Source of the DNA: Botryllus schlosseri
Lineage: Eukaryota
Reading direction: 5' to 3'
DNA: 64,000 nt
Assembly (NCBI GenBank): GCA_051294905.1
Contig: CM119372.1
Location: 26,662,001 to 26,726,000 of the forward strand
Part shown: positions 13,807-26,975 of the stretch, one piece after another
How the letters are laid out: the number at the start of each line of letters is the position of its first letter
Position numbering within the stretch: the stretch's first letter is position 1
Program-made: the position numbers and the translations under genes
Notes under the pieces: generated by a model
The model's database searches: none
What the model saw: only the letters and a program-made list of their open reading frames with translations
What the model was told of the DNA's origin: nothing

Positions 13807-16265
13807 GTATAAATTTTGAAGGTTACATCAATTCAATTCAAACTCAGAGCGACCGATTCATCATTTGACATTGTCTGCGATGATGCTTCTTTCAGTTAAG
13901 AGAACAGTCATCTCTGATCGAAAACCAAGAGCATATGGCGCTTCGACCAAATCTATTTTTTAAACTACTTACTTGAGTTTTTTTCTCTCACGTTCTTGGA
14001 AATCGATACCTATACCTTTAATTAAGTAGAAATTTAGGATATTACATGTACTTCTACTGGAGTAGCAACGATGACTATACGTTAGCCACCTCTGATTACT
14101 TGCATGAAAACATTTGGTTGGTGTTCTTAGTTCGCGAAAAAGTTCTTGTTGGGTGAGGCCACCGATTTTCCGGCAAGCACTGAAGATTGCAAACGCTATC
14201 ACGAGACCATTGCAAACATGTTGCTCGAACTGACTGATTTAAATGTTAGCAGTTATTTAGTGGTCAAATATCATAACACTTATTTTACATATAGATGAGA
14301 AAGTTGTACTCGAAAGTCTAAATGGGTAAGGAGAATGCTGATTCTCGAATCTGTGAAAAGCCTAATGCTCCAAGCCGGATAGCGCAATGTTGATTGAGTT
14401 CCATTCTCACTGTCTTATAGGTTACGTTATAAATAGACGACAGAGATAGAAATCTATACATTTTTTTAAATATCACATCAATAAATGTTTCAATTATTTC
14501 AGGAACAATCTTGAAAGACCGCGTCTGCTAATCGCATCGATCTCGGAGGATGATGATATGACCACGGCAGAAGGCAAAAATCCAGGAGAAAGCGTCGCAA
14601 AAGGCCGGAAATTTCATCAACGGTTATCTACGAGAGAGTTCCGATTTTCACGACATTTGAAGCACCGATCCTGGAAATTATATCTGGGGAACAAAGGAAA
14701 TTTTTGAGCGTGTTAATAGCATTCGTGTAAGCTCGCTAGCCAAATCATATTTCTGAAACAAAAATTCAAAGTCCATTGATATTTTCGACTTGTAATTTTG
14801 ATTGAAATAATATTCAAACTATCCAAGGTATAAAAAATACTCAACCAAAAAGACGCTGAAGAACTACTAGGATGTTACTCAACGATGATAATTGATTGAT
14901 GAATAGAAGAGCTAGAATTTTGAATGTGCCTTCCCGTACTTGTTATCATCATCTGGTATATTCTTGCATTTCGAAAAAAAAGATCAAATCGGAGTTGCTA
15001 TAGAGTGTTGTTTTATTGGTCCGTCCGTATCATTGGTGAAAGCATAGTCAATTCTTTTAATCTTAGCAGATGTGCACTATATATGTATATATATATAATC
15101 GATAAGAAGACAGAGCAGGGCCATAACTTACACAATCCGAAACCAGGGGTATAACGAGGGCGCTGTGTGTGCTTGGGTACCGAAATTTCGAAAATGTCCA
15201 ATTTCAATTCGATTCTAATGAGAAATATGTAGAGTCCTAAGCCTAATTCTTTCTGAAATGAATTCTACTAGTCTCGCCAATTCTATCGAGGCAAAAACTA
15301 TCCTTATAGCCGACGTCCCAGGGGTCAAACGGGGGTCATCGTTCTGTCCGGGGTACCGAAATTTCAAAAATGTCCAATTTCAATTATATTTTAATGAGAT
15401 ATATGTTGCGTCCGAAGCCTGATTATTTTTGAAATGCGTTGCACTAGTTCCGCCGATTCTATCGAGATCAAAATTATTCTACTAGCCGACGTCCCAAGGG
15501 TCAAACGGGGGCCATACTTGTTAATCCAATACCGAAATTTCGAAAATGTCCAATTCCAATGCGATACTAGTGAGATGTACGTACAGTCCCAAGCCTAATT
15601 CTTTCTGAAATGAATTCTACTAGTCACGCCAATTCTATCGAGGCCAAAATTATCCTTATAGCCGAAGTCCCAGGGGTCAAACGGGGGTCATAGCTCTGTC
15701 TGGGGTACCAAAAGTTCAAAAATGTCCAATTTCGATTCTATTTTAATGAGATATATGTTGCGTCCGAAGCCTAATTATTTTTGAAATGCATTGCACTAGT
15801 CTCGCCGATTTTATCGAGATCAAAATTATCCTTCTAGCCGACGTCCCAAGGGTCAAACGGGCGCTATACTTGTGAATCCGGTATTGAAATTTCGAAAATG
15901 TCCAATTTCAATTCGATTCTAATGTAATATATGTAAAGTTTGAAGCCAAATTCTTTTTGAAATGGTTTGCAATAGTCTCGCTGATTTTATCGAGACCAAA
16001 ATTGTCCTGCTAGCCAACGTCCCAAGGGTCAAACGAGGGCTATACTTGTAAATCCGGTATCGAAATTTCGAAAATGTCCAATTCCAATTCGTTTCCAATG
16101 AGATATATGTAGAGTCCGAAGCCTAATTCTTTTTGAAATGAATTCTACTAGTCTCGCCGATTCTATCGAGACCAAAACTATCCTTCTAGCCGTCGTCCCA
16201 AGGGTCAAACGGGGGCGATACTTGTCAATCCGGTATCGAAATTTCGAAAATGTCCAATTGTCCAT

Positions 16266-19200
16266 CAGACATGGGGTAATCGTGATTAGTAATCGTAATC
16301 GATTACGACGATTACATCATTTTCAAGTAATCGTAATCGCAATCGATTACATTCGAAAAAAATCCGAAGTAATCGTAATCGTAATCGATTATTTCACATA
16401 TCTAATCGATTTCTTGGTGAAAGAACGATTGCTTTTTGACTGAAACTGTACAGTGAACAAGGAAGAGTGCGAACTTATACCATTTTATTTGTAGCAGGTC
16501 GGCTTTTCAAGCGCCGTTGCTAATTATCACGTCACAAGCAGTAGCTTTGCTCTTCGATCACTACGCAACGAATTATCCACACATAGTAAATAGATATTCA
16601 ATGAAGGCTATATGTAGTCGTGTGATTGTAAGAATCTTCGGCATGCCGTATATCAGGTTAACAATATACTCCATACATATCCACCTAACAGCATAATAAT
16701 AACCACTACTCTGCCTAGTTTCAAATGTAACGTTTCTATTGATGTTTGATTATGCAGTTTTACCGTAGTTTTTAGCGAGTAGTAGGCCTATGACCGCGTT
16801 CACTGGATAAAGGTTTGAAATTTTGTACTCCTCAAATATTACGATTCCCACATCAAATCGTTACAAATCACCGACTGCTGATATAAATCATAACCCAGCA
16901 GGTATTTGCTGTTGCGAGTAAAGGCAGTTCGCTATACAGGTGGTAAATTGATTGTAGGCAATATGCATGCGTAAATGCGTATGTTCATCATTAAACTGCG
17001 AGAAATGTTATGCAATATTGCAGATTTTATGTTCACTTTATCTTATTCTCATATGCCCCTGCTTGAAACAGGCACCAATCGGTATTTCGCAATTCTTTAC
17101 TCAACATTTGAACCTGACGCCATAGCCCTTCGCTTATACACCATGTTAGCGTGCGTTGTAGCTGAATCTGGACCGAAACAGCAGACCCCGTAGGGCTGGG
17201 GGCAATTCCCCCTGTACCAACCTTTTACGATCGACCTTGTCGCAACAACTAAAAGACACGTTTGAGACAATATGGACTCGGTGTGTAATCAATAATTATA
17301 ACATCTTAGGACGGGCCCGTTGATATTATTACTTTGTTGCATGTTGTTAATCGGCAATCTCGCGCCTGCTTTATAGTCAAAAGATATTGCAGTCGTCCAA
17401 ACGTAGCAGACTAAACTAACGAAAAACATATTTCGTGAGACGCATACACAGATTGTCTTTTCTTCACGGGATGTATCATTTTCCTCTATGGGTACACCGG
17501 GTTGCCTTGTCCTGTGGGGCTAGTGCAGTGGTTCTCAACCGGTGTGCCGCGGCACACTAGTGTGCCAATTGGACTGTTCAGGTGTGCCGCGAGCAAATGT
17601 GGTAAGCTATGTCGAAGTATAACAAAATTCCAAATTTTGAGTGTGTCATTGTTCGTTTTTCTATTGAATTTAACCGATCACGACAAGCGATGCACAATCC
17701 GATGCAGTGAAATGATATATAAGGATGTCGAGGCGACCGTATCTCAATCTAGTATCACAATCTGACATCCCTATTAGGTCATGGATTGGGTCTTTCTCTG
17801 GGCTTTGTATTGTAAAGACGCTCTGAGCACAGCAACGTATAGGGGCGGAGAATCTAATAAATCTGCGATTCTTCGTAACTTGCTACTGTGTACTGCCATG
17901 AATCAAACTGGGGCCTCCACCGTCAATGGGTGTGATACGCTAGTTTGCCCACGCATAGTAGCATTTAGGACGGTGATAATTGAACTCGGGCAAATGGACC
18001 ATGATATTTACGTGTGGCCGAAGTGTTCACCTTTTACTTGTCACCCCCATCAGAACCGGATGCAGAACAGGGACATGACGCAGGTTGATGACCTTTTTCT
18101 GTTCCTATTTGTAGTCGTATTCTTGCCATGTCTTTATCATCGATAATCATTTTACACCATGCCGATATTACTTATTTTGATTCCTGAGATGCCAACTTAT
18201 AGCACGGCCCCCACTTTTTGTAGGACACTGCTTTTGAAGATCGGAGGACGAGTAGGAGCCTACATAAACCTCCAACACCTAGGAAGGCATTCTCACCATC
18301 GGGAAATGAACTCATTTGGAAGTGATGTTCACGTTTACAAATTAGAATTACCAACATAGCCATTCAGATTGCGATTGTTAAGTAGCGTGCCTGCACTGGA
18401 GGTAAAATGTAGGCTCAGGGCGCAACGTTATATTGCAGGCGACAAATTCGAAAATTGAGAATAAAGTTAATCAAATTATATCAGTTACAAATTTCTCCGC
18501 CGCTGAGGTTTATTATTCCGGTTTGTTGGAACTACGATTCAACTGTGGGTGGCTGCCAGCAACACTATTGAGGTATACTATCCTCACAGGTGCTAATACA
18601 CGGTCTGCGTGGAAATGCGATTGACATCCATGTATACACTTCTACGCCTCTGTATCTGTTTGTGGCGATCGTGATTGGACTCTTCGATGCGACGGTTAAT
18701 TACATCGACAATGCGGTAGTGGGCAAACTTTATATTGCCAAGCCAATCTCATGATATTAAGCTCAGCCGGAAGTTTAAACGAGATCTCACCAGGCCAGTT
18801 ATGTGGTAACAAAGGTAATAGCGGAGAACTCAAAACCTCACACGGAAGCGGAGAAAGTTCTTCTTCAGGTCTGCAATAAAGTTGTAAAGAAATCTTTGGG
18901 AAGAATTGTAAACGATTCCCATGTCTAATGATACCATTCGCAGACGTATTTGTGAGATGTCCGCTGAGATAAAAGAAAACCCAAGCAGAGAAAAGCCTAG
19001 TTGAGTGCTCCGAAAAGGTATAAGTAGCCTACTTCGTCAGTGACCATCGCTGTAAGACTATGGTTGCTGCTACACGTATTCTGGTAGTTTGCCTGTGCCG
19101 TTAGTCAAAAGAGTCCGGAACCACTGTGCTAGTGTGCCGCGAACTATTTTTCATGTTCAAAGTGTGCCACGAGGTCAAAAAGGTTGAGAACCACTGGGCT

Positions 19201-19838
19201 AGTGTTACGATAGGACTATTCGTCGCACCCGTTCAGCGTCGCTATGGACAATGGACAGTGGGCACTGGACACATATACTTAGACCATAGCAATTTACAAC
19301 GTAGCTACGTTGTAAATTGCTATGCTTAGACGGACGTTTCGGCCAAGATCTTTCTTTGGTAGCACATGTTAGCCATATGTCTGCATATGTCTTGGTGTGT
19401 CGTGGCGCGGTAGCGGTCGGCACCAAAATGTCGAATTCTATCAATTATGCGTAATATTTTATTGATGGGGAGGGGTATGCATATTAAAATCAAGATATCT
19501 AGCGACATGAATTCGCGAAGCGGGAGGAAAAATTTTCAAGTATATGGTATATAGTGACGTAACAAGCGAATGATGTCACATTTAAGAACAAAATTGTTCT
19601 CTCACGAGGTCTTTTCATCGCAAGTTATATTGTGTTCCAATATGTCTTCAAAAATAGGTTATAAGAAGCAAAAATAAATGTAATCGTGGGTAATCGTGAT
19701 TACTTTTCAAATGTAATCGTAATCGTAATCGACTACTTCCAGATTTTGCTGTAATCGTAATCGTAATCGTAATCGCGTGATTCCGAAGTAATCGTAATCG
19801 CAATCGATTACATTCATAAAGTAATCACCCCATGTCTG
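16266..19838. mobile_element. hAT-type non-autonomous element (CAGACATGGGG family, gtaatc subterminal repeats)
   Basis: TIR CAGACATGGGGT; TSD ttgtccat/atgtccat (7/8). Confidence 0.85.
17526..19196. mobile_element. hAT/Charlie-type non-autonomous element nested in 16266-19838
   Basis: TIR CAGTGGTTCTCAACC; perfect TSD GGCTAGTG. Confidence 0.9.
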
Positions 19839-20589
19839 ATGTCCATAGTCCAATTCCAATTCGATTCTAATGAGAAATATGTAGAGTCCGAAGTCAAATT
19901 CTTTCTGAAATGAATTCTACTAGTCTCGCTAATTCTATCGAGGCCAAAATTATCCTTATGGCTGACGTCCCAGGGGTCAAACGGGGGTCATAGTTCTGTC
20001 CGGGGTACCGAAATTTCAAATATGTCCAATTTCAATTCTATTTCAATGAGATATATGTTGCGTCCGAAGCCTAATTATTTTTGAAATGCGTTGCACTAGT
20101 CTCGTCGATTCTATCGAGATCAAAATTATTCTTCTAGCCGACGTCCCAAGGGTCAAATGGGGGCTATACTTGTGAATCCGGTGTTCAAATTTTGAAAATG
20201 TCCAATTCCAATTCGATTCTAATGAGAAATATGTAGAGTCCGAAGCCTAATTCGTTCTGAAATGAATTCTACTAGTCTTGCCAATTCTATCAGGGCCAAA
20301 ATTATCCTTATAGGCGACGTCCTAGGGGTCAAACGGGGGTCATAGTTCTGTCCGGAGTACCGAAATTTCAAAAATGTATAATTTCAATTCTATTTTAATG
20401 AGATATATGTTGCGTCCGAAGCCTAATTATTTTTAAAATGCTTGCACTAGTCTCGCCGATTCTATCGAGATCAAAATTATTCTTCTAGCCGACGTCCCAA
20501 GGGTCAAACGGGGGCTATACTTGTGAATCCGGTATTGAAATTTTGAAAATGTCCCATTCCAATGCGATACTAGTGAGATGTACGTACAG

Positions 20590-21207
20590 TAGGGCTGTTC
20601 AAAAATAACTTTTTTTTCCGGATTCCAGCCATTCAGTGATTAAATTGTCAGGTTACCTTAAAAAACGCTGCACACCAAATTTGGTTCAACTCTAACAAGT
20701 ATAGGGCTCCGCGGATCCAATTAAAATTTTAAATTTATACAGGAAAATTGAAAAAAAAAAATTTTTCAAATTTTTCTGTCAACCCCATGAAATTGTTGAG
20801 CTGTCTTCAGAGACGATGCTAAAAAATTTGACTCAATTCGGACTAGTAGAAGTGGAGTTATTGGAGTTTTTCGTTGATAATTCTCCAATTATCCTTGATT
20901 GGTGGATAATCCGAGAATTATCAACGAAAAACTCAAATAACTCCGTTTCTACAGGTTGGAATTGACTCAAATTTCATTTGCATGGTCTTTGAAGACATCT
21001 CAACATTTTCATGGGGTTGAGAGAAAAATTTGAATTTTTTTTTTTTTAATTTTACGTAGTAAATTAAAAATTTTAATTGGCTCTGCGGACGCTTAGACAT
21101 GTTCGAATTGAACCAAATTTGGTGTGCAGCCTTTGTTGTGGTAACCTGACAATTTAATCAGTGAATGGCTGGAATCCGGAAAAAAAAGTTATTTTTGAAC
21201 AGCCCTA
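20590..21207. mobile_element. Fully palindromic 618-bp MITE (TAGGGCT family)
   Basis: Ends TAGGGCTGTTCAAAAATAAC; arms complementary up to a centre near 20900; perfect TSD ACGTACAG. Confidence 0.9.
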
Positions 21208-22851
21208 ACGTACAGTCCGAAGCCTAATTCTTTCTGAAATGAATTCTACTAGTCACGCCGATTCTATCGAGGCCGAAATTATCTTTATAGCCGTCGTCCC
21301 AGGGGTCAAACGGGGGTCATAGTTCTGTCCGGGGTACCGAAATTTTAAAAACGTCCAATTTCAATTATATTTTAATGAGATATATGTTGCGTCCGAAGCC
21401 TAATTATTTTTGAACTGCGCTGCACTAGTCTCGCCGATTTTATCGAGATCAAAATTATTCTTCTAGCCGACGTCCCAAGGGTCAAACGGGGGGCTATACT
21501 CGTGAATCCGGTATTGAAATTTTGAAAATGTCAAATTTCAATTCGATTCTAATGAAATATATGTAAAGTTCGAAGCCTAATTCTTTTTGAATTGGTTTGC
21601 AATAGTCTCGCCGATTTTATCGAGACCAAAATTGTCCTGCTAGCTGACGTCTCAAGGGTCAAACGAGGGCCATACTTGTGAATCCGGTATCGAAATTTCG
21701 AAAATGTCCAATTCCAATTCGCTTCCAATGAGATATATGTAGAATTCGAAGCCTAATTCTTTTTGAAATGAATTCTACTAGTCTCGCTAATTCTATCGAG
21801 GCCAAAATTATCCTTATAGCCGACGTCCCAGGGGTCAAACGGGGGTCATAGTTCTGTCCGGGGTACCGAAATTTCAAAAATGTCCAATTTCAATTCTATT
21901 TTAATGAGATATATGTTGCGTCTGAAGCCTAATTATTTTTGAAATGCGTTGCACTAGTCTCGCCGATTCTATCGAGACCAAAACTATCCTTCTAGCCGAC
22001 GTCCCAAGGGTCAAACGGGGGCTATACTTGTCAATCCGGTATCGAAATTACGAAAATGTTCAATTCCAATTCGATTCTAATGAGAAATATGTAAAGTCCG
22101 AAGCCTAATTCTTTCTGAAATGAATTCTACTAGTCTCGCCAATTCTATCGAGGCCAAAATTATGCTTCTAGCCGACGTCCCAAGGGTCAAACGGGGGCTA
22201 TACTTGTGAATCCGGTATTGAAATTTTGAAAATGTCCAATTTCATTTCGATTCTAATGAGATATATGTAAAGTTCGAAGCCTAATTCTTTTTGAAATGGG
22301 TTGCAATAGTCTCGCTGATTTTATCAAGACCAAAATTGTCCTGCAAGCCGATATCTCAAGGGTCACACGGGGGCTATACTTGTCAATCTGGTATCGAAAT
22401 TTCGAAAATGTCCATTGTCCAATTCCAATTCGATTCTAATGAGAAATATGTAGAGTTCGAAGCCAAATTCTTTCTGAAATTAATTCTACTAGTCTCGCCA
22501 ATTCTATCGAGGCCAAAATTATTATTATGGCCGACGTCCCAGGAGTCAAACGGGGGTCATAGTTCTGTCCAGGGTACCGAAATTTTAGAAATGTCCAATT
22601 TCAATTATATTTTAATGAGATATATGTTGCGTCCGAAGCCTAATTATTTTTGAAATGCGCTGCACTAGTCTCGTCGATTCTATCGAAATCAAAATTATTC
22701 TTCTAGCCAACGTCCCAAGGGTCAAACGGGGGCTATACTTGTGAATCCGGTATTGAAATTTTGGAAATGTCCAATTTCAATTCGATTCTAATGAAATATA
22801 TGTAAAGTTCGAAGCCTAATTCTTTTTGAAATGGGTTGCAATAGTCTCGCT

Positions 22852-24571
22852 CAGTGATTCCCAAGCGCGGCCCCCAGATTGCCTTCTTGCGGTCCCCAAA
22901 AATATATAGAGAAATCGATTTATGACAAAAAATAAAATTTATATTTTTAAAATACTCTTGCTTGGCTTGGTCTCTGTAGTTTTGAATTATAGAATTGCAG
23001 GAAAGTTGTGAGTATAGACTGCGAACGTTACGTCACTGCTGTTTCAATGCAATGTGCCCTAACGTTCCAGTTGATCCAGCAGTAACTATAGATGTAAATA
23101 GGTATTGATAACTTTCAAAACCGGAGGAAAATCCTGAAAAATGGTAAAATTTTCCCACTTCGTGGTCGCTTGACTAAAAAATAAATAGAGGCTCAACTCC
23201 CGGAAAATACAGTTTTTCTTTCACATTAACAGGTGGTTGACTGAAAAAAAGGTCAACTTTCCGGTCCAGCTACCGAAATAGCCACCGCAGCGTTCCTACA
23301 GTGCTGACTTAATGTATATCAGTCGAATTTGGCCCTATATGTTACCAAAATCCTCGAAAAAGAAAACAAAATCTCCAAAAAGAAGACATTTGGGCGTCCT
23401 CCGAGGACACTCAAAAAAGATGACAAATCATCTTAAAAGAGGACGTATGGTAACCCTATGATAACTAGATGTGCATTGAATACCCCGAGATGCAAACATA
23501 TAAAGTTTTAGCCCATGTAACATGTGACTCCAAGAAATGTGTCACAACGATTGGCAGCGAGAAAGGCCTGGCCATAAAGGACTGCTTTTATGCTGACCAA
23601 AAACTTCGAAATATCAAAAACTTCGTTATATATACAAAATACATATTGGTTTAATTGTCCATATAGGCGCCTAAATGACTGGCTCCGAATGTTCTTGTCT
23701 TGGCAATCTGAACCTCACAAGACAAATACCATACCGCAGGAAAGAAAATTATATGCCAGTGAAGAAATACCAATCTGAAATCGTGTGATCTTTCAGTTTA
23801 GTATAGGTTTGGGCAATTCAACATTTTTGATATAGCAGACAGGAGGTCACGAAATAACATCGTGTACAGATAAGTCCGCCCGCCTGAAGATGTTTAATTT
23901 TACCGGGTCTGCAGTTTCAAAGGCACCTCTCACTCAGCTCTACCGGTAATTCTGATTACGTGGGCAAAGAGGACCACCATGCAATTCTCGATCTCATTCA
24001 CCGATTTTATCATGAGTTATCGAAATATTCGCGCATCGCGGTCTCACTAAACAGTACAACTTTAATTTCGTGGCAAAAGCGAACAACGTGATGCGGGGTC
24101 AGTTTATCACCCTATGGGAGCCCGGGGTCCTGACGTAGTGCTGTCACGTTTCTGCCAACGGGTATACCCCCGGAGATGTTTAATTACTATTGAGGTGGCG
24201 CATACCTTTTCAAACACACCTCACTCAGCTCTACCGTTAAATCAGAATACGTGATCAGCGACAGGATGAAAATTGATAGCAATACATGCAATTCCCGATC
24301 ATATTGTCCGATTCAGTCATGAAGCTAAAGAAATTTCTTGCGCTTCGCGCGTTTAGGCGAGAAAAGCTGATTCACTCAACGGACACTCATGCAGCAGATA
24401 AGTAGCGGTAAACAGTGTACAGTTTTGAAATCCCGCCAGGGCAATAAAACTATTCCGAAATAGCCATGATGACTGTTTGGGTCCGTTTCATAGCCGTAGT
24501 ATTCGTGCGGCCCCGACCGAACTCTGAAATTCTAAATTACGCCCTCACACCGAAAAAGTTTGGAACCACTG
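22852..24571. mobile_element. hAT/Charlie-type non-autonomous element in the satellite array
   Basis: CAGTGATTCCCAAG...TTTGGAACCACTG; TSD gtctcgct/gtctcgtt (7/8). Confidence 0.8.
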
Positions 24572-26975
24572 GTCTCGTTGATTTTATCGAGACCAAAATT
24601 GTCCTGCTAGCCGACGTCCCAAGGGTCAAACGAGGGCCATACTTGTGAATCCGCTATCGAAATTTCGAAAATGTCCAATTCCAATTCGCTTCCAATGAGA
24701 TATATGTAGCGTCCGAAGCCTAATTATTTTTGAAATGAATTCTACTAGTCTCGCTGATTCTATCGAGACCAAAATTATCCTTCTAGTCGACGTCTCAAGG
24801 GTCAAACGGTGGCCATACTTGTTAATCCGATACCGAAATTTCGAAAATGTCCAATTCCAATTTGATACTAGTGAGATGTACGTTCAGTCCGAAGCCTAAT
24901 TCTTTCAAAAAATGCGTTCTACTATTCGTCGTTATCATATATTCGGGAAAATGACGATTCTTCGTTGCAGCCGCGGGGGTCACACCATTCCCACAATCTC
25001 CGAAATATACTTCTTCCCAATTATCGTCGATAAACATGGTCTATTCAGCGTTATCATCGACACATTTCTGACGAGTTATCTGCAAAATTTTCATTCAAAC
25101 TGTCTAGTGGGTACATATTCGTTTTCGTGAGATTGTTCTCTCGTAAAGAAATAGTCTGGGAAGACGTTTTTGAGTAAGTCGATGCAATTTTCAAAGCATA
25201 AATCGTCATGTCACCCGAGTATATTTCCATGATTCAACTGAACACCGATTTACGCTAAGAATTCTAAAATAATCACAGTGATAGCTGTAGTGTTTGTTGC
25301 AGCTTCAGTCGAGATCATTTTCTGGTCAAATCTTATTGAGGGCTGCTATGTATCGCGTCATTTGAAGTTAGGAAGTATTATCTTATTGGTAGTGTTTGCA
25401 CCGCGGCGATCGCTATATATTCTTGTGCAGTCGTGCTCAATTGACGGCTGCAGCCAGAGATTGGTATGTAATGATGTGTGATATGTAATTTGGTGACTTT
25501 GCAGATTATATAATTAGTCCTGCTTGCTAACGGCTGCATTGGACGTATTCCATGAAGTAAGCAATGGCAGCATTGATTACTGTTACTGAGATGTTGTTTG
25601 GGATGGTTGATTCCAATGACGGCTAGTTAAAATTGAATTTCAAGAAGATTCAGGTAAATTTCGGCCTCACAGCTGTAGTTGATTAATTACATAGCATATT
25701 CGTGTTACAGATGATTCAAAAGTAACAGATTTGTCTGGTATATGGTCTGTGCAAATCCTATTGCTGTACCAGCAATGTGTATCTATTAATGACACAAAAG
25801 TGGTTAGTAATCTACAACCGGATACTTGATGGTGTAGAATTCAGCACAATTTTGTCTTGCAAGTGATATTTCAAAGTGCAGGAGATGTACCCTGTGGTCT
25901 GCAAAAGTCAGAACAACGCAACAATGTGTCATCAATCATGACTGATCTTGTAGCTTCTACTACGTAGGAAAATATACTGTTGTAGTCGAGTAAGTAATTT
26001 TGTAGGATATATATTTGATCAAGGTTTCACAAGATTTTAGCAGTCAATCGGTTCTGACTACTTTCGAAATTGCAAGATACATCTTCACGACTAATGGAAA
26101 ATAACCGATAATGACGCTACAAAGGTAAAATCTTTGAAAATTGATTCAGCGGTTACTGTGATGGTTATTTCATGCGGTTCTTATGACATTTTCACTCGTA
26201 AATGGACGCAAAACTACCTCAACTTATTTGAAAGGTAAGAAGTATTTCATTACTCACCATCCATCAGTGTCATTGGGTACTACACTGTTAAAATTATTCT
26301 TCTAAAATAGCTTGTAACGAGCTTGTAAAGGCTAGATACAAGCTCTAGGGAGCTTGTAAATGCAAAATGCAAGCACATAACAAGCTGTCATGGAACGGTG
26401 CTTGTAAATTGTGCTTGTAAATTGTTTATATTTTATGCAAGAAGAATGAACAAACGCAGCAGCAGTCCGAACTCACTCAAGACTCTCGACAGACACGATG
26501 CCACCCCAGACACGATAACGCACCCCAGACATGCCCAGACACGATGTCCGAGTGTCAACACAGTCCGCATACATCCCCTGACATGCCCCAGACATGTCCC
26601 AGATTTGATGTGCGTTCGACAACGCAGTTCGAACCCACTCCAGACATCCTCAGACATGATGTCCGAATGTCAACGCAGTTCAAACGCACCCCAGACATGT
26701 CCCAGACATCATGTTCGTCATCGACATCATGTCAACACAGTTCGAACACACCTCTCTGAAATGATGTTCGATTGGCAACGCAGTCCGAACTAATCTCCAG
26801 ACATGACTCACTGAGGCATTGCCTCAGACATGATGTCTGAGTGTCAATACAGACCGAACGAACCCCATTCATGCCCTAGATAAGTCCCAGGCATGATGCT
26901 CAAGTGTCATAACGCAGTCCGAACACATCCCTAACATGATGTTCGATAGATAACGCAGTCCGAACTTACTACAGT

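Larger units (their letters stand above)
15150..24900 (+). repeat. ~176-bp satellite-like tandem array (~22 units) forming the inner right TIR, interrupted by three insertions
   Basis: gggtcaaacg recurs at about 15322, 15498, 15674, 15850, 16026, 16202. About 3 inverted units lie at 8700-9190. Confidence 0.9.
8245..25280 (+). mobile_element. Foldback-type DNA transposon with long, tandem-repeat-containing TIRs (possibly MULE/FB-NOF-like)
   Basis: 8245-9190 is the reverse complement of the right end (roughly 24570-25280 plus array units): ~450 bp unique sequence, then 176-bp repeats. Ends approximate; no TSD found. Confidence 0.75.

Noticed and set aside
15150..24900. CRISPR-like array or coding ORFs in the 176-bp repeats
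   Set aside because: Units are contiguous with no unique spacers, there are no cas genes, the context is eukaryotic, and the ORFs are chance read-throughs of the repeat.
25274..25280. CACAGTG (RSS heptamer / Transib-like end) at the foldback terminus
   Set aside because: The left end reads GACTGTG, there is no 5-bp TSD, no nonamer and no RAG1-like coding relic.
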